From NCBI GenBank assembly GCA_900546605.1, contig URDV01000001.1, forward strand, positions 1 through 33,021: a stretch of DNA of 33,021 bases, in the 5' to 3' direction. The notes below the pieces were generated by a model. It was given only the letters and a program-made list of their open reading frames with translations, was not told where the DNA came from and ran no database searches. The stretch comes from an uncultured Prevotella sp. GTDB taxonomy: Bacteria > Bacteroidota > Bacteroidia > Bacteroidales > Bacteroidaceae. The number at the start of each line of letters is the position of its first letter. The stretch's first letter is position 1. Positions 1 to 10,273 of this stretch are shown here, in pieces. The position numbers and the translations under genes were made by a program.

Positions 1-30
1 AATAAAAATAAAAGACTTTCAGCCTTTTAT

Positions 31-61
31 TTTGTATTGCGCTCGGTTTGCACTATCTTTG
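31..61 (+). promoter_or_regulatory. Bacteroidota sigma-A promoter (-33 TTTG / -7 TAnnTTTG) for the CNNM gene
   Basis: TTTG at 31-34, 19-nt spacer, TATCTTTG at 54-61. Confidence 0.75.
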
Positions 62-210
62 CACAAAATATCGAAAAACGCAGTCATTACTCTTTGACCG
101 CTCCCTGCGAAAGCTTACTCCATAAACATACTACACAAGCAAGCATCCGCACACACATTCTGCTAAAAATGATGTGGGACAGGGCATTTGTCTAACTAAT
201 TCCACATTCC

Positions 211-1245
211 ATGGGGCTATTACTCCTCTATTTATTGGGTGCTTTAAGCATCTCATTTTTATGTTCCATTCTTGAAGCGGTACTGCTATCAGCACCAATG
301 TCATTTGTGTCAATGCTTGAAAAAGAAGGTCGTAAAGGTGCAACTCTACTAAAAAAGTACAAGCAAGACATTGACAAACCCATCGCAGCCATACTCTCGC
401 TCAATACCATATCGCACACCGTAGGTGCTGCTGGGGTTGGCGCACAGAGCGAAGCTATATTTGGCAGTCAGTTCTTTGCCATAACATCTGCCATTCTAAC
501 CCTGCTAATACTTATTTTCTCTGAAATTATACCTAAGACCATTGGTGCCTCATATTGGCGAAAGATGGCCATTCCTTGTGCACGAATTATTCATGTATTG
601 GTAATTGTCACCTATCCATTGGTACTCATGTCTGAACTTATCACACACATCTTTTCAGGCAACAAAAAACAAACATCAGTTAGCCGCGAAGAAGTGTCGG
701 CTATGGTTACCGTAGGAGCTGAAGAGGGGGTGCTTGAAAAGAAAGAAAATAGCATGATTCAAAATCTGCTAAAACTTGACGATGTAAATGCTCGCGACAT
801 TATGACTCCCAGTTCGGTGGCAGAGGTGGCCGAAGAGAGCATGACACTACGCGAGTTTTACCAAAACGATGCTTACCGCCAATTCTCACGCATTCCCGTT
901 TATAATGAGGAGAATGACGATTACATTAAAGGGTATGTGCTTCGTCAAACCATACTCGAAAAGCTATCTGAAGATAAGTTCGACCTACGTTTGTCAGATA
1001 TCATTCGTCCGGTTCTCACCTTTCAAGAGAGCGATAACGTTTCAAAAATATGGGAAAAGCTCTTGGCTAAGAAAGAACACATTTCTATCATCATTGATGA
1101 ATATGGTTGTTTTCGTGGCATAGTTACCATGGAGGATGTTATTGAAACCATGCTTGGTACCGAAATTGTTGACGAAAAAGATAAGGTAACTGATATGCAA
1201 GAGTTCGCACGCGAAAAGTGGCAAGAACAACAACATCGAAAATAA
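211..1245 (+). CDS. CNNM (DUF21) + CBS-pair membrane protein, hemolysin/CorC-TlyC family
   Basis: 344 aa; N-terminal TM helices, SEIIPKT motif, CBS motifs FSRIPVY and IIDEYG..GIVTMED. Confidence 0.9.
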   Translation: MGLLLLYLLGALSISFLCSILEAVLLSAPMSFVSMLEKEGRKGATLLKKYKQDIDKPIAAILSLNTISHTVGAAGVGAQSEAIFGSQFFAITSAILTLLILIFSEIIPKTIGASYWRKMAIPCARIIHVLVIVTYPLVLMSELITHIFSGNKKQTSVSREEVSAMVTVGAEEGVLEKKENSMIQNLLKLDDVNARDIMTPSSVAEVAEESMTLREFYQNDAYRQFSRIPVYNEENDDYIKGYVLRQTILEKLSEDKFDLRLSDIIRPVLTFQESDNVSKIWEKLLAKKEHISIIIDEYGCFRGIVTMEDVIETMLGTEIVDEKDKVTDMQEFAREKWQEQQHRK

Positions 1246-1329
1246 AGTTTCCAATATACTTATCGTCATAAAGTTTACATTAGTGGTAAGGGGTCTCCCC
1301 CCATCATCAACTCAATGAACAAAACAGAA

Positions 1330-1381
1330 AAAGGATTAAGAGGCTTTGCTCACTAACAACAAAAGCAGCCCTTAATCCTTT
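1330..1381 (+). terminator. Probable intrinsic terminator hairpin
   Basis: aaaggattaag ... cttaatccttt inverted repeat downstream of the CNNM gene. Confidence 0.55.
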
Positions 1382-1480
1382 ACTTGTTTATTACCATATA
1401 TATGCTCACTAAGCCCACCAATAATACATAAACGCTTTACAAAGAGCATTTCTACCCTACTCCAAAACTACTTTGCACAC

Positions 1481-2623
1481 ATGTTTCGATTTTTCTTTCT
1501 ACTACTACTGTTTTTAATATTACCCGACGTTTACTTGTGGTGGAATTTTACACGTTTACAAGCAGGCATATGGCGCACTCTACTTGTGCTGCTACCAACC
1601 ATCATGACATTAGGCTGCATGTTGTTACTCATTTGCCAAGTACGCATATCACTACTCATGCAATTAGCTTTCATACTCATGATATGCATTGCAGTGCCCA
1701 AGCTTGTGTTTGTATTAGTCGATGCCATTGGACATGGCATTACATGGCATTGGCCCACAGGACAAAAATATATTCAAACCATAGCCCTAACTATGGCTGT
1801 ACTTATGGCTGCGATACAAGTGTACGGAACAGCCTGGGGGTGGCGTTCACTCAAAGTAGTACCTCATACCATCAAAGTAAACCATCTGCCCCGTGCATTC
1901 AAAGGCTACCGCATAGTACAAATATCCGACATACACCTTGGCACCTATGCTGGCGACACCAGTATTATGCAAGCCATGGTTGACAGCATTAACCGCCTAC
2001 GCCCCGATCTTATTGTGTTCACAGGCGACATGGTTAACACGGCATCGGCCGAAGCTATGCCCTATGTGCGCATACTCAGCCATTTACAAGCTAATGATGG
2101 AGTCCTATCAGTATTAGGTAACCATGATTATTGCATGTACCATCCAGGCCTTAGCCCACAGCAGCAAGCTCTTGAGGTAAAGCGATTGATACGCATGCAG
2201 CGCATCATGGGTTGGCGAGTATTACTTAACGAACATCAAGCTATAACGCGAGGCAATGACACCCTTTATGTGGCAGGGGTTGAAAACATTGGTAAACCTC
2301 CATTTCCTGAACGTGGCAAGCTAACACAGGCCATACAGCACATTCCACCCCAAGCATGCACATTGTTGCTAAGCCATGACCCTTGGCATTGGCGACATGG
2401 TGTAGTAGGCCAACATGAACAAATAGCCCTTACCTTATCAGGGCACACGCACGCATTACAAATGCAAGTAGGACACTTTTCGCCTGCTGCGTGGTTCATG
2501 CCTGAATGGGGTGGCCTTTATCATGAAGGCACACAAAAACTCTTTGTGTCAACAGGCATTGGTGGGGGTGTACCCTATCGTTTAGGCGCATGGCCATCTA
2601 TCGAACTTTTAGTGCTTGAATAA
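1481..2623 (+). CDS. Membrane-anchored calcineurin-like metallophosphoesterase (YkuE/YaeI-like)
   Basis: 380 aa; N-terminal TM segments; motifs SDIH, TGD, GNHD, SHDP, SGHTH. Confidence 0.9.
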   Translation: MFRFFFLLLLFLILPDVYLWWNFTRLQAGIWRTLLVLLPTIMTLGCMLLLICQVRISLLMQLAFILMICIAVPKLVFVLVDAIGHGITWHWPTGQKYIQTIALTMAVLMAAIQVYGTAWGWRSLKVVPHTIKVNHLPRAFKGYRIVQISDIHLGTYAGDTSIMQAMVDSINRLRPDLIVFTGDMVNTASAEAMPYVRILSHLQANDGVLSVLGNHDYCMYHPGLSPQQQALEVKRLIRMQRIMGWRVLLNEHQAITRGNDTLYVAGVENIGKPPFPERGKLTQAIQHIPPQACTLLLSHDPWHWRHGVVGQHEQIALTLSGHTHALQMQVGHFSPAAWFMPEWGGLYHEGTQKLFVSTGIGGGVPYRLGAWPSIELLVLE

Positions 2624-2677
2624 AAAAGCAAAGGTTGCGGAATACATGTGTAAAAATAAGTTCTATTGCAATAACGT

Positions 2678-2708
2678 TTTGTACGTACTACAGTTTTTTT
2701 TACATTTG
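2678..2708 (+). promoter_or_regulatory. Sigma-A promoter
   Basis: TTTG 2678-2681, 19-nt spacer, TACATTTG 2701-2708. Confidence 0.7.
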
Positions 2709-2754
2709 CATTTAGAAACACATACACCTAGCAACCTATAAAATAATATATTCA

Positions 2755-3312
2755 ATGAAAAAGATTATCTTAGCTTTTATGGTTTTTGCAATGAGTCTTT
2801 CGGCTATAGCTGCAGATAATGATTCTACCAAAGTTTCTAAAAAAACAATTACACCATTTGACCGCTTTGGCATTAGTTTGCAAACAGGTGCAGGCTTTCG
2901 CACCAAAGGTTATTATCCGCTTTTCATTAACAATCGCTATAGCTATGAAGTCTTGACGGGTTTTAAGCTATTACTTGACTTAAACGTAGCTTATGCGCTC
3001 CATGACGAATCTAAAACTTACAAATCAGCCGTACTTGCAGGAGGTGGCTTGGGCTATCGACTAATAGGTAACACCATTAACAGCTCAACTAAAAACACTG
3101 TTGCTCTTGATGTGTTAGCAACAGGAGGTAGCAGCATTGGTTCATCTTCATGGAAACAAGGATATGGTGATGTAGGTGCAGAACTCTATTTTAGGAATAA
3201 GCAACGCAACATTGGTTTTTCATTCGGAGCACATTATCGTTACGTTAATTCACGCACCAACGATATGCCCAATATGAACATTGGATACATAACACTTGGC
3301 TTCAAGTTCTAA
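2755..3312 (+). CDS. Hypothetical exported protein, probable small outer-membrane beta-barrel
   Basis: 185 aa; signal peptide MKKII...AIA, alternating hydrophobic strands, C-terminal GFKF. Confidence 0.65.
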   Translation: MKKIILAFMVFAMSLSAIAADNDSTKVSKKTITPFDRFGISLQTGAGFRTKGYYPLFINNRYSYEVLTGFKLLLDLNVAYALHDESKTYKSAVLAGGGLGYRLIGNTINSSTKNTVALDVLATGGSSIGSSSWKQGYGDVGAELYFRNKQRNIGFSFGAHYRYVNSRTNDMPNMNIGYITLGFKF

Positions 3313-3338
3313 AATTTCACACAAATAAGGTGGATTCT

Positions 3339-3377
3339 GTAAACTACCGCTAAGCTAAATACTTAGCGGTAGTTTAC
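3339..3377. terminator. Bidirectional terminator between convergent genes
   Basis: Perfect 16-bp stem gtaaactaccgctaag / cttagcggtagtttac, 7-nt loop; overlaps the stop of the minus-strand glycosyltransferase. Confidence 0.75.
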
Positions 3378-4486
3378 TCGTAGAAAAGACTTTTGTACAA
3401 AGCTTCATATTGTTTAGCCACTTGTATGTAGTCGTGATGACGATGAACGTAAGCTACGCTCTGCTCTTGCAGCATACGTATGCGTTCTGGGTGGAGTACT
3501 AATTGTTCAAGCTGTTCATATACACTTTCATACGAAGGAGTTACATTAACTATAGGATGCAACTCCGTTTCATTCAGTATGTCATAATTTTCAGGTTCAC
3601 CACCTCCCACACATATTATGCCACGACTCATAGCCTGCAGGGCATTCATGGCTGGCGTATAGCTATAGAGCTGATCTAATATAACATCACTACCCTCCAT
3701 CATTTCACAATACTGTGCAAAGGGTACCCCCCTTGCTATCAAGAGCTGAACCTTGTTAGGATATTTGTCGCGAATGTGTTCTGCCGCTTTCAACATAATG
3801 TCGGTGCCTTTATACACACTGCGTCCCTTGCTGATACCTATAAATATGCGTAACCTGCGTGATGTATCATAATATTGTATTGGGCGAGTGTCAAGTTGCC
3901 AATGTATAGGGAAGGGTATGAATGTTGTTTTATTAGGGTATGCTAACTGATAACAAACCCAATATTCATAAAGTCCCGCCACAATAGCATCACAATTGGC
4001 TGCTATCATTTTATTAAGATGCTCTTTTGCCGTTCCTAACCAATCCTTACGCTCTATTTCAGCCTCAACATTTGTGCGTTGAGCGCATCCCATGTTAAAA
4101 TCGCCATAACGAAAAGGACTTGTTGCGCTGCTCCCTGTCTTTACCCAATAATAGTCCATGCCATAAGCGCCCATCACCACTTTACGATTGTGTTTACGCA
4201 AGTAATGATAAATGGAAAAGATGCGCTCTGCTTTTAGCTCTAAAAACATGGGATTAATGAGCTGCACCACATCGTAGCCACGCAGACGAGGCAATAAGCA
4301 CAGCAACTGAATCATATACTGCACACCGCCCCATGGAGTAAGGTGTCGCACCAATGAATAGTCGCGTGGATAATTCTTCCAAAAGTCGCCATTCGATAGC
4401 ACCTTCACTTCATGGCCTAACTGTCGTAAGCCTTCGGCCAATGTCCAGTGTACATTACTATATTCACCTATGAGCAATATTTTCAT
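3374..4486 (-). CDS. Glycosyltransferase, GT-B fold (GT4-like)
   Basis: 370 aa; MKILLIGEYSNVH..LAEGLRQLGHEV start; C-terminal DVILDQ..MNALQAMSRG segment. Confidence 0.8.
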   Translation of the reverse strand: MKILLIGEYSNVHWTLAEGLRQLGHEVKVLSNGDFWKNYPRDYSLVRHLTPWGGVQYMIQLLCLLPRLRGYDVVQLINPMFLELKAERIFSIYHYLRKHNRKVVMGAYGMDYYWVKTGSSATSPFRYGDFNMGCAQRTNVEAEIERKDWLGTAKEHLNKMIAANCDAIVAGLYEYWVCYQLAYPNKTTFIPFPIHWQLDTRPIQYYDTSRRLRIFIGISKGRSVYKGTDIMLKAAEHIRDKYPNKVQLLIARGVPFAQYCEMMEGSDVILDQLYSYTPAMNALQAMSRGIICVGGGEPENYDILNETELHPIVNVTPSYESVYEQLEQLVLHPERIRMLQEQSVAYVHRHHDYIQVAKQYEALYKSLFYE

Positions 4487-4487
4487 T

Positions 4488-5441
4488 TCAACCTTTTTTA
4501 AAAAGTAGGTAGGTCATCATTATGCGTGTGATGGGGCATTGCACTAACCAACGGAATAGTGTGTACTTGCGTGTGTAACGCGCATTAGGGAATGGGTATA
4601 AGCCACGTTGCTTAAATCGCGTTAGCGTTTGATTTAACAACTTCACACTATGCGTGTAGCGCATCACGTTATACACATGATCCATGGTGAGCTGCGCCAC
4701 ACGACGCTGCATGGCAGCACTTTGGCCATGCGTAACCTTCGTCTGTTGCAAGCGATAAAGTATTTGCTCTGAAATAGGCAAATAGCGATTGATGTAAGTT
4801 TCACGCGTTTGCTTACTTGTAGTTGACCCTTGACGCAAACGATAGAAATAAGGCTGCGCATGGGTTACATATACCCGTTGTGCATTTAAAAACACATAGG
4901 TTGTAAACTCTACATCCTCAAACACTATACCCTCAATAAAACGTAGTTGCTCAAAAGTGGAACGATTGTAAAGATACCACCAAGGAGCCGAACACAAATT
5001 ATTGTGCAATACATAGTTAACACCTGTTGTAAGTTGGGGAGCAATGTTCATCAATTGGGCTTGCACATTACGTGTAAAGCTGAAACAGAAAACATCAGTG
5101 GGATGCGTTCTAACAAACTGAATGATGGCATTATAAATGTTTGGTAGCAAATAGTCGTCGGCATCAACAAATTGAATGTATTGTCCATGTGCTACATCGA
5201 GTGCCACATTACGTGCTTTGCTCTGTCCTTGGTTCGCCTGGTGAATGAGCACAATGCTTTGCTTCCAGTCATCACTCCATGATTGTGTTATATCATGCTG
5301 ACTACCATCATCCACCACTATCACCTCGCGTTCTGCCGCTGATAATTGTAAGCTCAAAATGCTCTGCAAGCAAGTTTTAAGCATTACATCGGGTACATTG
5401 TAAACGGGTATTATAAAACTTATGAGTGGTTGTGTCGACAT
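4488..5441 (-). CDS. Glycosyltransferase family 2
   Basis: 317 aa; ISFIIPVYN, VVDDGS, FVDADD, FED motifs. Confidence 0.9.
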   Translation of the reverse strand: MSTQPLISFIIPVYNVPDVMLKTCLQSILSLQLSAAEREVIVVDDGSQHDITQSWSDDWKQSIVLIHQANQGQSKARNVALDVAHGQYIQFVDADDYLLPNIYNAIIQFVRTHPTDVFCFSFTRNVQAQLMNIAPQLTTGVNYVLHNNLCSAPWWYLYNRSTFEQLRFIEGIVFEDVEFTTYVFLNAQRVYVTHAQPYFYRLRQGSTTSKQTRETYINRYLPISEQILYRLQQTKVTHGQSAAMQRRVAQLTMDHVYNVMRYTHSVKLLNQTLTRFKQRGLYPFPNARYTRKYTLFRWLVQCPITRIMMTYLLFKKG

Positions 5442-6343
5442 ATGTTACGTATTAAGTTTATCAGCCAACAAGTTCTTCTGACTCCTAAAATTCGCTGCAA
5501 CAAGAGTTTGGGGGTGTGTCCTACTGGCAAATTTCTCAGCAAAACCTTACCTCCGCAACGCTCATACACATCAATTTGAATGTTAAGTAAATGTGCATAG
5601 TAACGAGCAAAGTCGGCTTGGGTTACACTTTGTGGCCTTGCCCAATGTAATTGATGTAACACACGCACATGTGCTTCGAGCAAATCGAGCAAATGAGTGC
5701 CTTCATTCGCTGTTATTCCGTTAGGATTGCTGCAATAATAATAAAGGCCACTATTCATTGTGGCAAATGCCTTCACCTGGTTCAATAGCGGGAGCATGAA
5801 AAACACATCCTCAAACACTTTATGTTCAAACCTTAGTGCGCCAATGGCCGAACGTCGAAATAGTTTGTTCCAAGCATAACAATGCGTATACCCCTCAGCC
5901 ACGAACCACCACTGCCAAGGGTCGGTGTAACGTTGTTTGGTTAAATGCAACGGATGTTGACGCTGCGCATTGCCATAGGCCACCATTACGGGAAATTCAA
6001 CAAAGGACACATCATGAGGGGCTTGTTCTAAAGTTTGAAGCGCTTGTGCTAAAGTGTCAGCTGCAACAAAGTCATCTGAATCAACAAACCATATATATTC
6101 ACCTTTAGCATTCTCAACACCCGCATTACGAGCTGCCGAGAGTCCGGCATTGGGTTGATGTATGACCCTAATGCGCGCATCTTGTTGTGCATAAGCATCG
6201 CATAGGGCTGGAGCGCCATCGTCACTACCATCGTCAACCAATATGACTTCATAGTTACCATAGGTTTGCGCCAACACGCTATTAACACAACGTGCTAAGG
6301 TGTGTTCTGTGCGATAAACGGGAATAATAATGCTTACTTTCAT
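5420..6343 (-). CDS. Glycosyltransferase family 2
   Basis: 307 aa; VSIIIPVY, LVDDGS, GLSAARN, FVDSDD, WNKLF motifs. Confidence 0.9.
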   Translation of the reverse strand: MKVSIIIPVYRTEHTLARCVNSVLAQTYGNYEVILVDDGSDDGAPALCDAYAQQDARIRVIHQPNAGLSAARNAGVENAKGEYIWFVDSDDFVAADTLAQALQTLEQAPHDVSFVEFPVMVAYGNAQRQHPLHLTKQRYTDPWQWWFVAEGYTHCYAWNKLFRRSAIGALRFEHKVFEDVFFMLPLLNQVKAFATMNSGLYYYCSNPNGITANEGTHLLDLLEAHVRVLHQLHWARPQSVTQADFARYYAHLLNIQIDVYERCGGKVLLRNLPVGHTPKLLLQRILGVRRTCWLINLIRNICRHNHS

Positions 6344-6422
6344 GATAGATAAAGGTGCTTGTTACCCATTGCATAACGCTATGAACAATGGAAGTTATTT
6401 GATTGTACCCCCCTTTAAAAAA

Positions 6423-6473
6423 AATGTGCAAATGTATGAATGGGTTACATCAACACATTCAAACATCTGCACA
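6423..6473 (-). terminator. Hairpin after efp, overlapping a -7 box for the glycosyltransferase operon
   Basis: atgtgcaaatgtatgaatg / cattcaaacatctgcacat imperfect stem followed by a U-run on the minus strand; TACATTTG on minus at 6429-6436. Confidence 0.6.
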
Positions 6474-6508
6474 TCATTGCTTACTAACTAAGCTGCTTTG
6501 CTAATTTA

Positions 6509-7075
6509 TTAAGCCTTTACACGGTTAAGGTAAGAACCATCGCGTGTGTCAACCTCAATAACTTCGCCTTCGTTGATGAAAAGAGGTACACGAATTTCAA
6601 CACCTGTTTCAAGTGTTGCAGGCTTAGTAGCGTTAGTAGCAGTATCGCCCTTCAAACCTGGTTCGGTGTAAGTTACCTTGAGGTGAGTCTTAACAGGCAT
6701 TTCAGCAAAAAGGATGGTTTCGCTTGAAGCATCGCTTACCACTTCGCAAACGTCGCCTTCCTTCATGAAGTCAACACCCGTGATGAGGTCCTTCTCGATG
6801 ATTACATCGTCCCAAGTCTCTTGGTTGAGGAAGTGATACTGATCACCCTCAGCGTATGAGTACTGGTAAGGACGACGCTCTACGCGAACATCTTCAAGTG
6901 CTTCGCCAATATTGAAACGACGCTCAAGCACACGGCCTGTAACAACGTCCTTCAAAGTGGTACGCATAATGGTGTTACCCTTACCGGGCTTTACATGAAG
7001 AAAATCAATGCAGAAGTAGAGCTTGCCATCGAGACGGATGCAAGTACCCTTTTTGATGTCTTGTGATTTAATCAT
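6509..7075 (-). CDS. efp: Translation elongation factor P
   Basis: 188 aa; HVKPGKG loop, PGLKGDT, KPATLETG, VPLFINEGE. Confidence 0.98.
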   Translation of the reverse strand: MIKSQDIKKGTCIRLDGKLYFCIDFLHVKPGKGNTIMRTTLKDVVTGRVLERRFNIGEALEDVRVERRPYQYSYAEGDQYHFLNQETWDDVIIEKDLITGVDFMKEGDVCEVVSDASSETILFAEMPVKTHLKVTYTEPGLKGDTATNATKPATLETGVEIRVPLFINEGEVIEVDTRDGSYLNRVKA

Positions 7076-7101
7076 TGGAGTAAATGTTGTTTTTTATTGT
7101 C

Positions 7102-7713
7102 TTATGATTTGACGGCAAAATTACTACTTTTTTTTGAAATGCTCTCTTTCTTCCACTTAAAATATCCCGCCACGGCTATTACTACATACAATCCGTAAAG
7201 GCCTGCCTTAAAGGGAATGCCTTTACCGATATATAAATAGCAGCACACCACATCAACAATTATCCAAAACACCCACTGTTCCACATACTTACGTGCTAAG
7301 GCCCAAAGCCCTACGAAACTCAGTGCATTGGTAAAACCGTCAAGCACGGGTACGGTTGAATGCATATAATATTTTAATATATACCATGTCAGCGCCCAAA
7401 GCACAAAGAAACACAACATGGAGGGCAAGTAAAGGCGAGCGGGCATGTGGGTAATGGGCAGTTCACCCTTTTCTGAGAGTTCGTTATTGGCCTTACGCTT
7501 TTTACCAAACGTCCACACCAAGTAGCCATAGATGCCTGCCAGCGTATAATAGGTGGCCATTCCGGCATCGCCATAGAGTCCGTGCGACCAATACAAGGCG
7601 ATGTCGAGCGCAGGCATAATGATGCCTACTAACCATAGCCAAATACTTGCGCGATACTCTAAGTAGATGTATAGCAAGCCTAAAAGGGTGGTGATAAAAT
7701 CAAGATATTGCAT
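7102..7713 (-). CDS. pnuC: PnuC-family vitamin transporter, probably thiamine-specific (PnuT)
   Basis: 203 aa hydrophobic; ARKYVEQW.FWI..D motif; downstream of a TPP riboswitch and TonB receptor. Confidence 0.88.
   Translation of the reverse strand: MQYLDFITTLLGLLYIYLEYRASIWLWLVGIIMPALDIALYWSHGLYGDAGMATYYTLAGIYGYLVWTFGKKRKANNELSEKGELPITHMPARLYLPSMLCFFVLWALTWYILKYYMHSTVPVLDGFTNALSFVGLWALARKYVEQWVFWIIVDVVCCYLYIGKGIPFKAGLYGLYVVIAVAGYFKWKKESISKKSSNFAVKS
7116..7123 (-). promoter_or_regulatory. Candidate -7 promoter box for efp inside the pnuC 3' end
   Basis: TAATTTTG on the minus strand about 40 nt upstream of the efp ATG. Confidence 0.55.
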
Positions 7714-7720
7714 TTTTTGA

Positions 7721-7826
7721 AGTTAACGAGTTGACAAGTTGACGAGTTGACAAGTTGACGAGTTGACAAGCAAGTTTGTAAAAACTAACTTACTTGTCAA
7801 CTCGTCTACTCGTCAACTTGTCAACT
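7721..7826. repeat. Palindromic 8-bp tandem repeat (AGTTGACR)n
   Basis: Six direct units 7721-7768 and four inverted units 7793-7826. Confidence 0.9.
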
Positions 7827-7834
7827 AAAGAGAA

Positions 7835-10135
7835 TTAGAAGTTGATGCTCAAGTGTCCCATAACGTTGAAAGGAGCACTTACGCCATAACCTGTTTCGTA
7901 ACGGTCGCCTTCGGTGTAGGCAACTACCTTACCGTCAACTTGCTTGTACTCGGGAGCAGTCCAACCATTGTTGAAATACTTCGCACTGAAGAGGTTGTAA
8001 AGCGTGCAACCTGCGGTAATGCTCTTTACGCCCTTCAAGCGGAAGGTGTATGAGAGGTCAAGATTGGTTATAAAGTGGCGCTTCAATACCATGCTCACCT
8101 TGTGGTCGCCGTCTTCTTCTTCACTTACGTAGTAGTCAAAGCCAGTGTTTGACAAGTACTGCTTGCTTACGTACTGGCTCGTCAATGCGGCACGGAAACC
8201 AGCATAGTTGAAGGTGAAGATGTTGTTAAAGATGAAGTTCGGTGAGAATGAAAGCGGTGTATCGCCAAGGCTTACCACATTGCCGTCATTGAGTGTAACC
8301 GTCCAATCCTTCGCACGGTTGTGACTCCAAGTAGCGTTGGCATCCCAACGGAACCACTTCACAGGACTCCAAGCAGCTTGAATTTCTACACCACGGCGGT
8401 AGCTTTCACCTGCATTGCGAGCAATAAACTCACCGATCTCGTTCTTCTCGCCTGTTAAGACGAACTGGTCGCGATAGGTCATGTAGTAGAAGTTAACGCC
8501 TGCTGAGAACTTCTCGCTCTCATACTTGTAGCCCAACTCCCAATCGTTCAAGCGCTCAGCCTTAAGGTGTTGGTTGAGGTTGTCCTCATAATCATTACGC
8601 GTCGGTTCGCGGTGCGACATAGCGTAAGAGGCATATACGCTATGGTTCTTATTGATCTGATAGAACAGACCTGCCTTCGGATTGAAGAAGTCGAAGTTTT
8701 GCTCCATGTCGAGCACCCACTGCGTTGTGCCATCGTAGTTATCGGTCGGACCTTCGTTTACGTAATTAACGTGACGATACTGCAAGTCTACATAAGCGCT
8801 CAAGCCCTTAGTAAATTCGTAGCTTACCTTGCCATAAATATTGCCGTCGTTCTTCTTACCCTTGTTGAAGTAATACTGATGATTGGGCAACAACTCGTCA
8901 ATTTTCTCCGTATCCTTTACCCACTTTACCAATCCATAGTGGTCGCCTACGTAGCGATTAAATCCACCACCAATCGTAGCGCGGAGATTGCTCTTATTGT
9001 CGTAGTCGAACGAACCAATCACACCATAGAAGTCGTTGTCCATCAACTTCTGACGAATTAAGTCGGTCTTTGTCTTGAAGTCAGGACTTGAAGGTGACAC
9101 CAAACCGTATTCACCTAACTTACGGCCACTCTTATACTCCTCATAATAGCCAAAGCCCTTGGTATAATGCAGCGCTGCATTAAACTTCCACGTGGGCGAA
9201 ATGATTTGGTTCAACAACAGTTGATAGTGCTGCTGGTGATAGAAGTCGCTTTGGTCTTTATAATAATGTACGTTTCCATCCTTGTCATAGTACTCACCGC
9301 ATGAGTTGTAACGACGACCACCATTCATTTCCATTTCATATACTGAGGGATAGTTCCAAGCATGGTAAGTCTTTTCTTTACCATTAAATGTAACGAACTT
9401 TACGACTGTACTCTCGCCAAAGTAACCACCTTGCAAGAAGTAAGAATCAAGGCGAGTGGTAGCACGCTTCACATAACCGTCACTGGCGATGTGAGAGAGG
9501 CGGCCTTGGAAGCCCCAATGGTTCTTCAAGAGTCCTGAACCAAAACGGAAAGTTTCCTTATGGCTTGCATAGCTACCAGCTGAGAGGTCAACACTTGCAT
9601 AGGGCTTTGCACCAATCTTTTCGGTCTGCATATTAATCGTTGCACCAAAAGCACCCGCACCATTGGTTGAAGTACCTACACCACGCTGTATCTGCATATC
9701 TTCTACACTCGAAGCGAAGTCGCCCATATTGGTCCAATATACTTGGCTACTCTCTGCATCATTAATGGGCACACCATTGGCTGTGATGTTAATACGACTG
9801 GGGTCCGTACCACGCACGCGAATGCTTGAATAACCAATACCAGCACCTGCATCAGAAGTCACTGTAACAGAAGGCGTAAACATCAACAAGAAAGGCACGT
9901 CCTTACCATAGTTTACGGCAGCGAGGTTCTTCTTTGTCAAGTTGTTGTAAGCCATAGGTGTATGCTTGCCTGCACGGGTTGAAACCACTTGTGCTGCTTG
10001 TAAGTTTACGCTTGATGTATCAGCCTTAGCTGTTAACTGATGATTGATTTTTTCATTCTTCACGCTAGCATGTGCGGGAGCAACATTAATCACACTGGCT
10101 GTTAAAGCAGCCAACATCAACATTTTTTTGTTCAT
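7835..10135 (-). CDS. TonB-dependent outer-membrane receptor, probable thiamine transporter
   Basis: 766 aa; signal peptide, plug motif IRVRG..RINITANGVP, C-terminal Phe; TPP riboswitch upstream, pnuC downstream. Confidence 0.9.
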   Translation of the reverse strand: MNKKMLMLAALTASVINVAPAHASVKNEKINHQLTAKADTSSVNLQAAQVVSTRAGKHTPMAYNNLTKKNLAAVNYGKDVPFLLMFTPSVTVTSDAGAGIGYSSIRVRGTDPSRINITANGVPINDAESSQVYWTNMGDFASSVEDMQIQRGVGTSTNGAGAFGATINMQTEKIGAKPYASVDLSAGSYASHKETFRFGSGLLKNHWGFQGRLSHIASDGYVKRATTRLDSYFLQGGYFGESTVVKFVTFNGKEKTYHAWNYPSVYEMEMNGGRRYNSCGEYYDKDGNVHYYKDQSDFYHQQHYQLLLNQIISPTWKFNAALHYTKGFGYYEEYKSGRKLGEYGLVSPSSPDFKTKTDLIRQKLMDNDFYGVIGSFDYDNKSNLRATIGGGFNRYVGDHYGLVKWVKDTEKIDELLPNHQYYFNKGKKNDGNIYGKVSYEFTKGLSAYVDLQYRHVNYVNEGPTDNYDGTTQWVLDMEQNFDFFNPKAGLFYQINKNHSVYASYAMSHREPTRNDYEDNLNQHLKAERLNDWELGYKYESEKFSAGVNFYYMTYRDQFVLTGEKNEIGEFIARNAGESYRRGVEIQAAWSPVKWFRWDANATWSHNRAKDWTVTLNDGNVVSLGDTPLSFSPNFIFNNIFTFNYAGFRAALTSQYVSKQYLSNTGFDYYVSEEEDGDHKVSMVLKRHFITNLDLSYTFRLKGVKSITAGCTLYNLFSAKYFNNGWTAPEYKQVDGKVVAYTEGDRYETGYGVSAPFNVMGHLSINF

Positions 10136-10273
10136 TGTGTTTTGAAAGAACAGTTGTTTTAGTTAATAAATCAACTGGGGGACAAAAGGCACACATAGAA
10201 CCTCCACACCTTTAGTTATAGGTGCATGAGTTAATGGCTCAAATTATAGCACGTGCTTCTTTTGTCAAGACAA

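Noticed and set aside
7128..7135. Phase-variable homopolymer in pnuC
   Set aside because: The A8 run lies in the last few codons, after the final TM helix, so slippage would have little effect.
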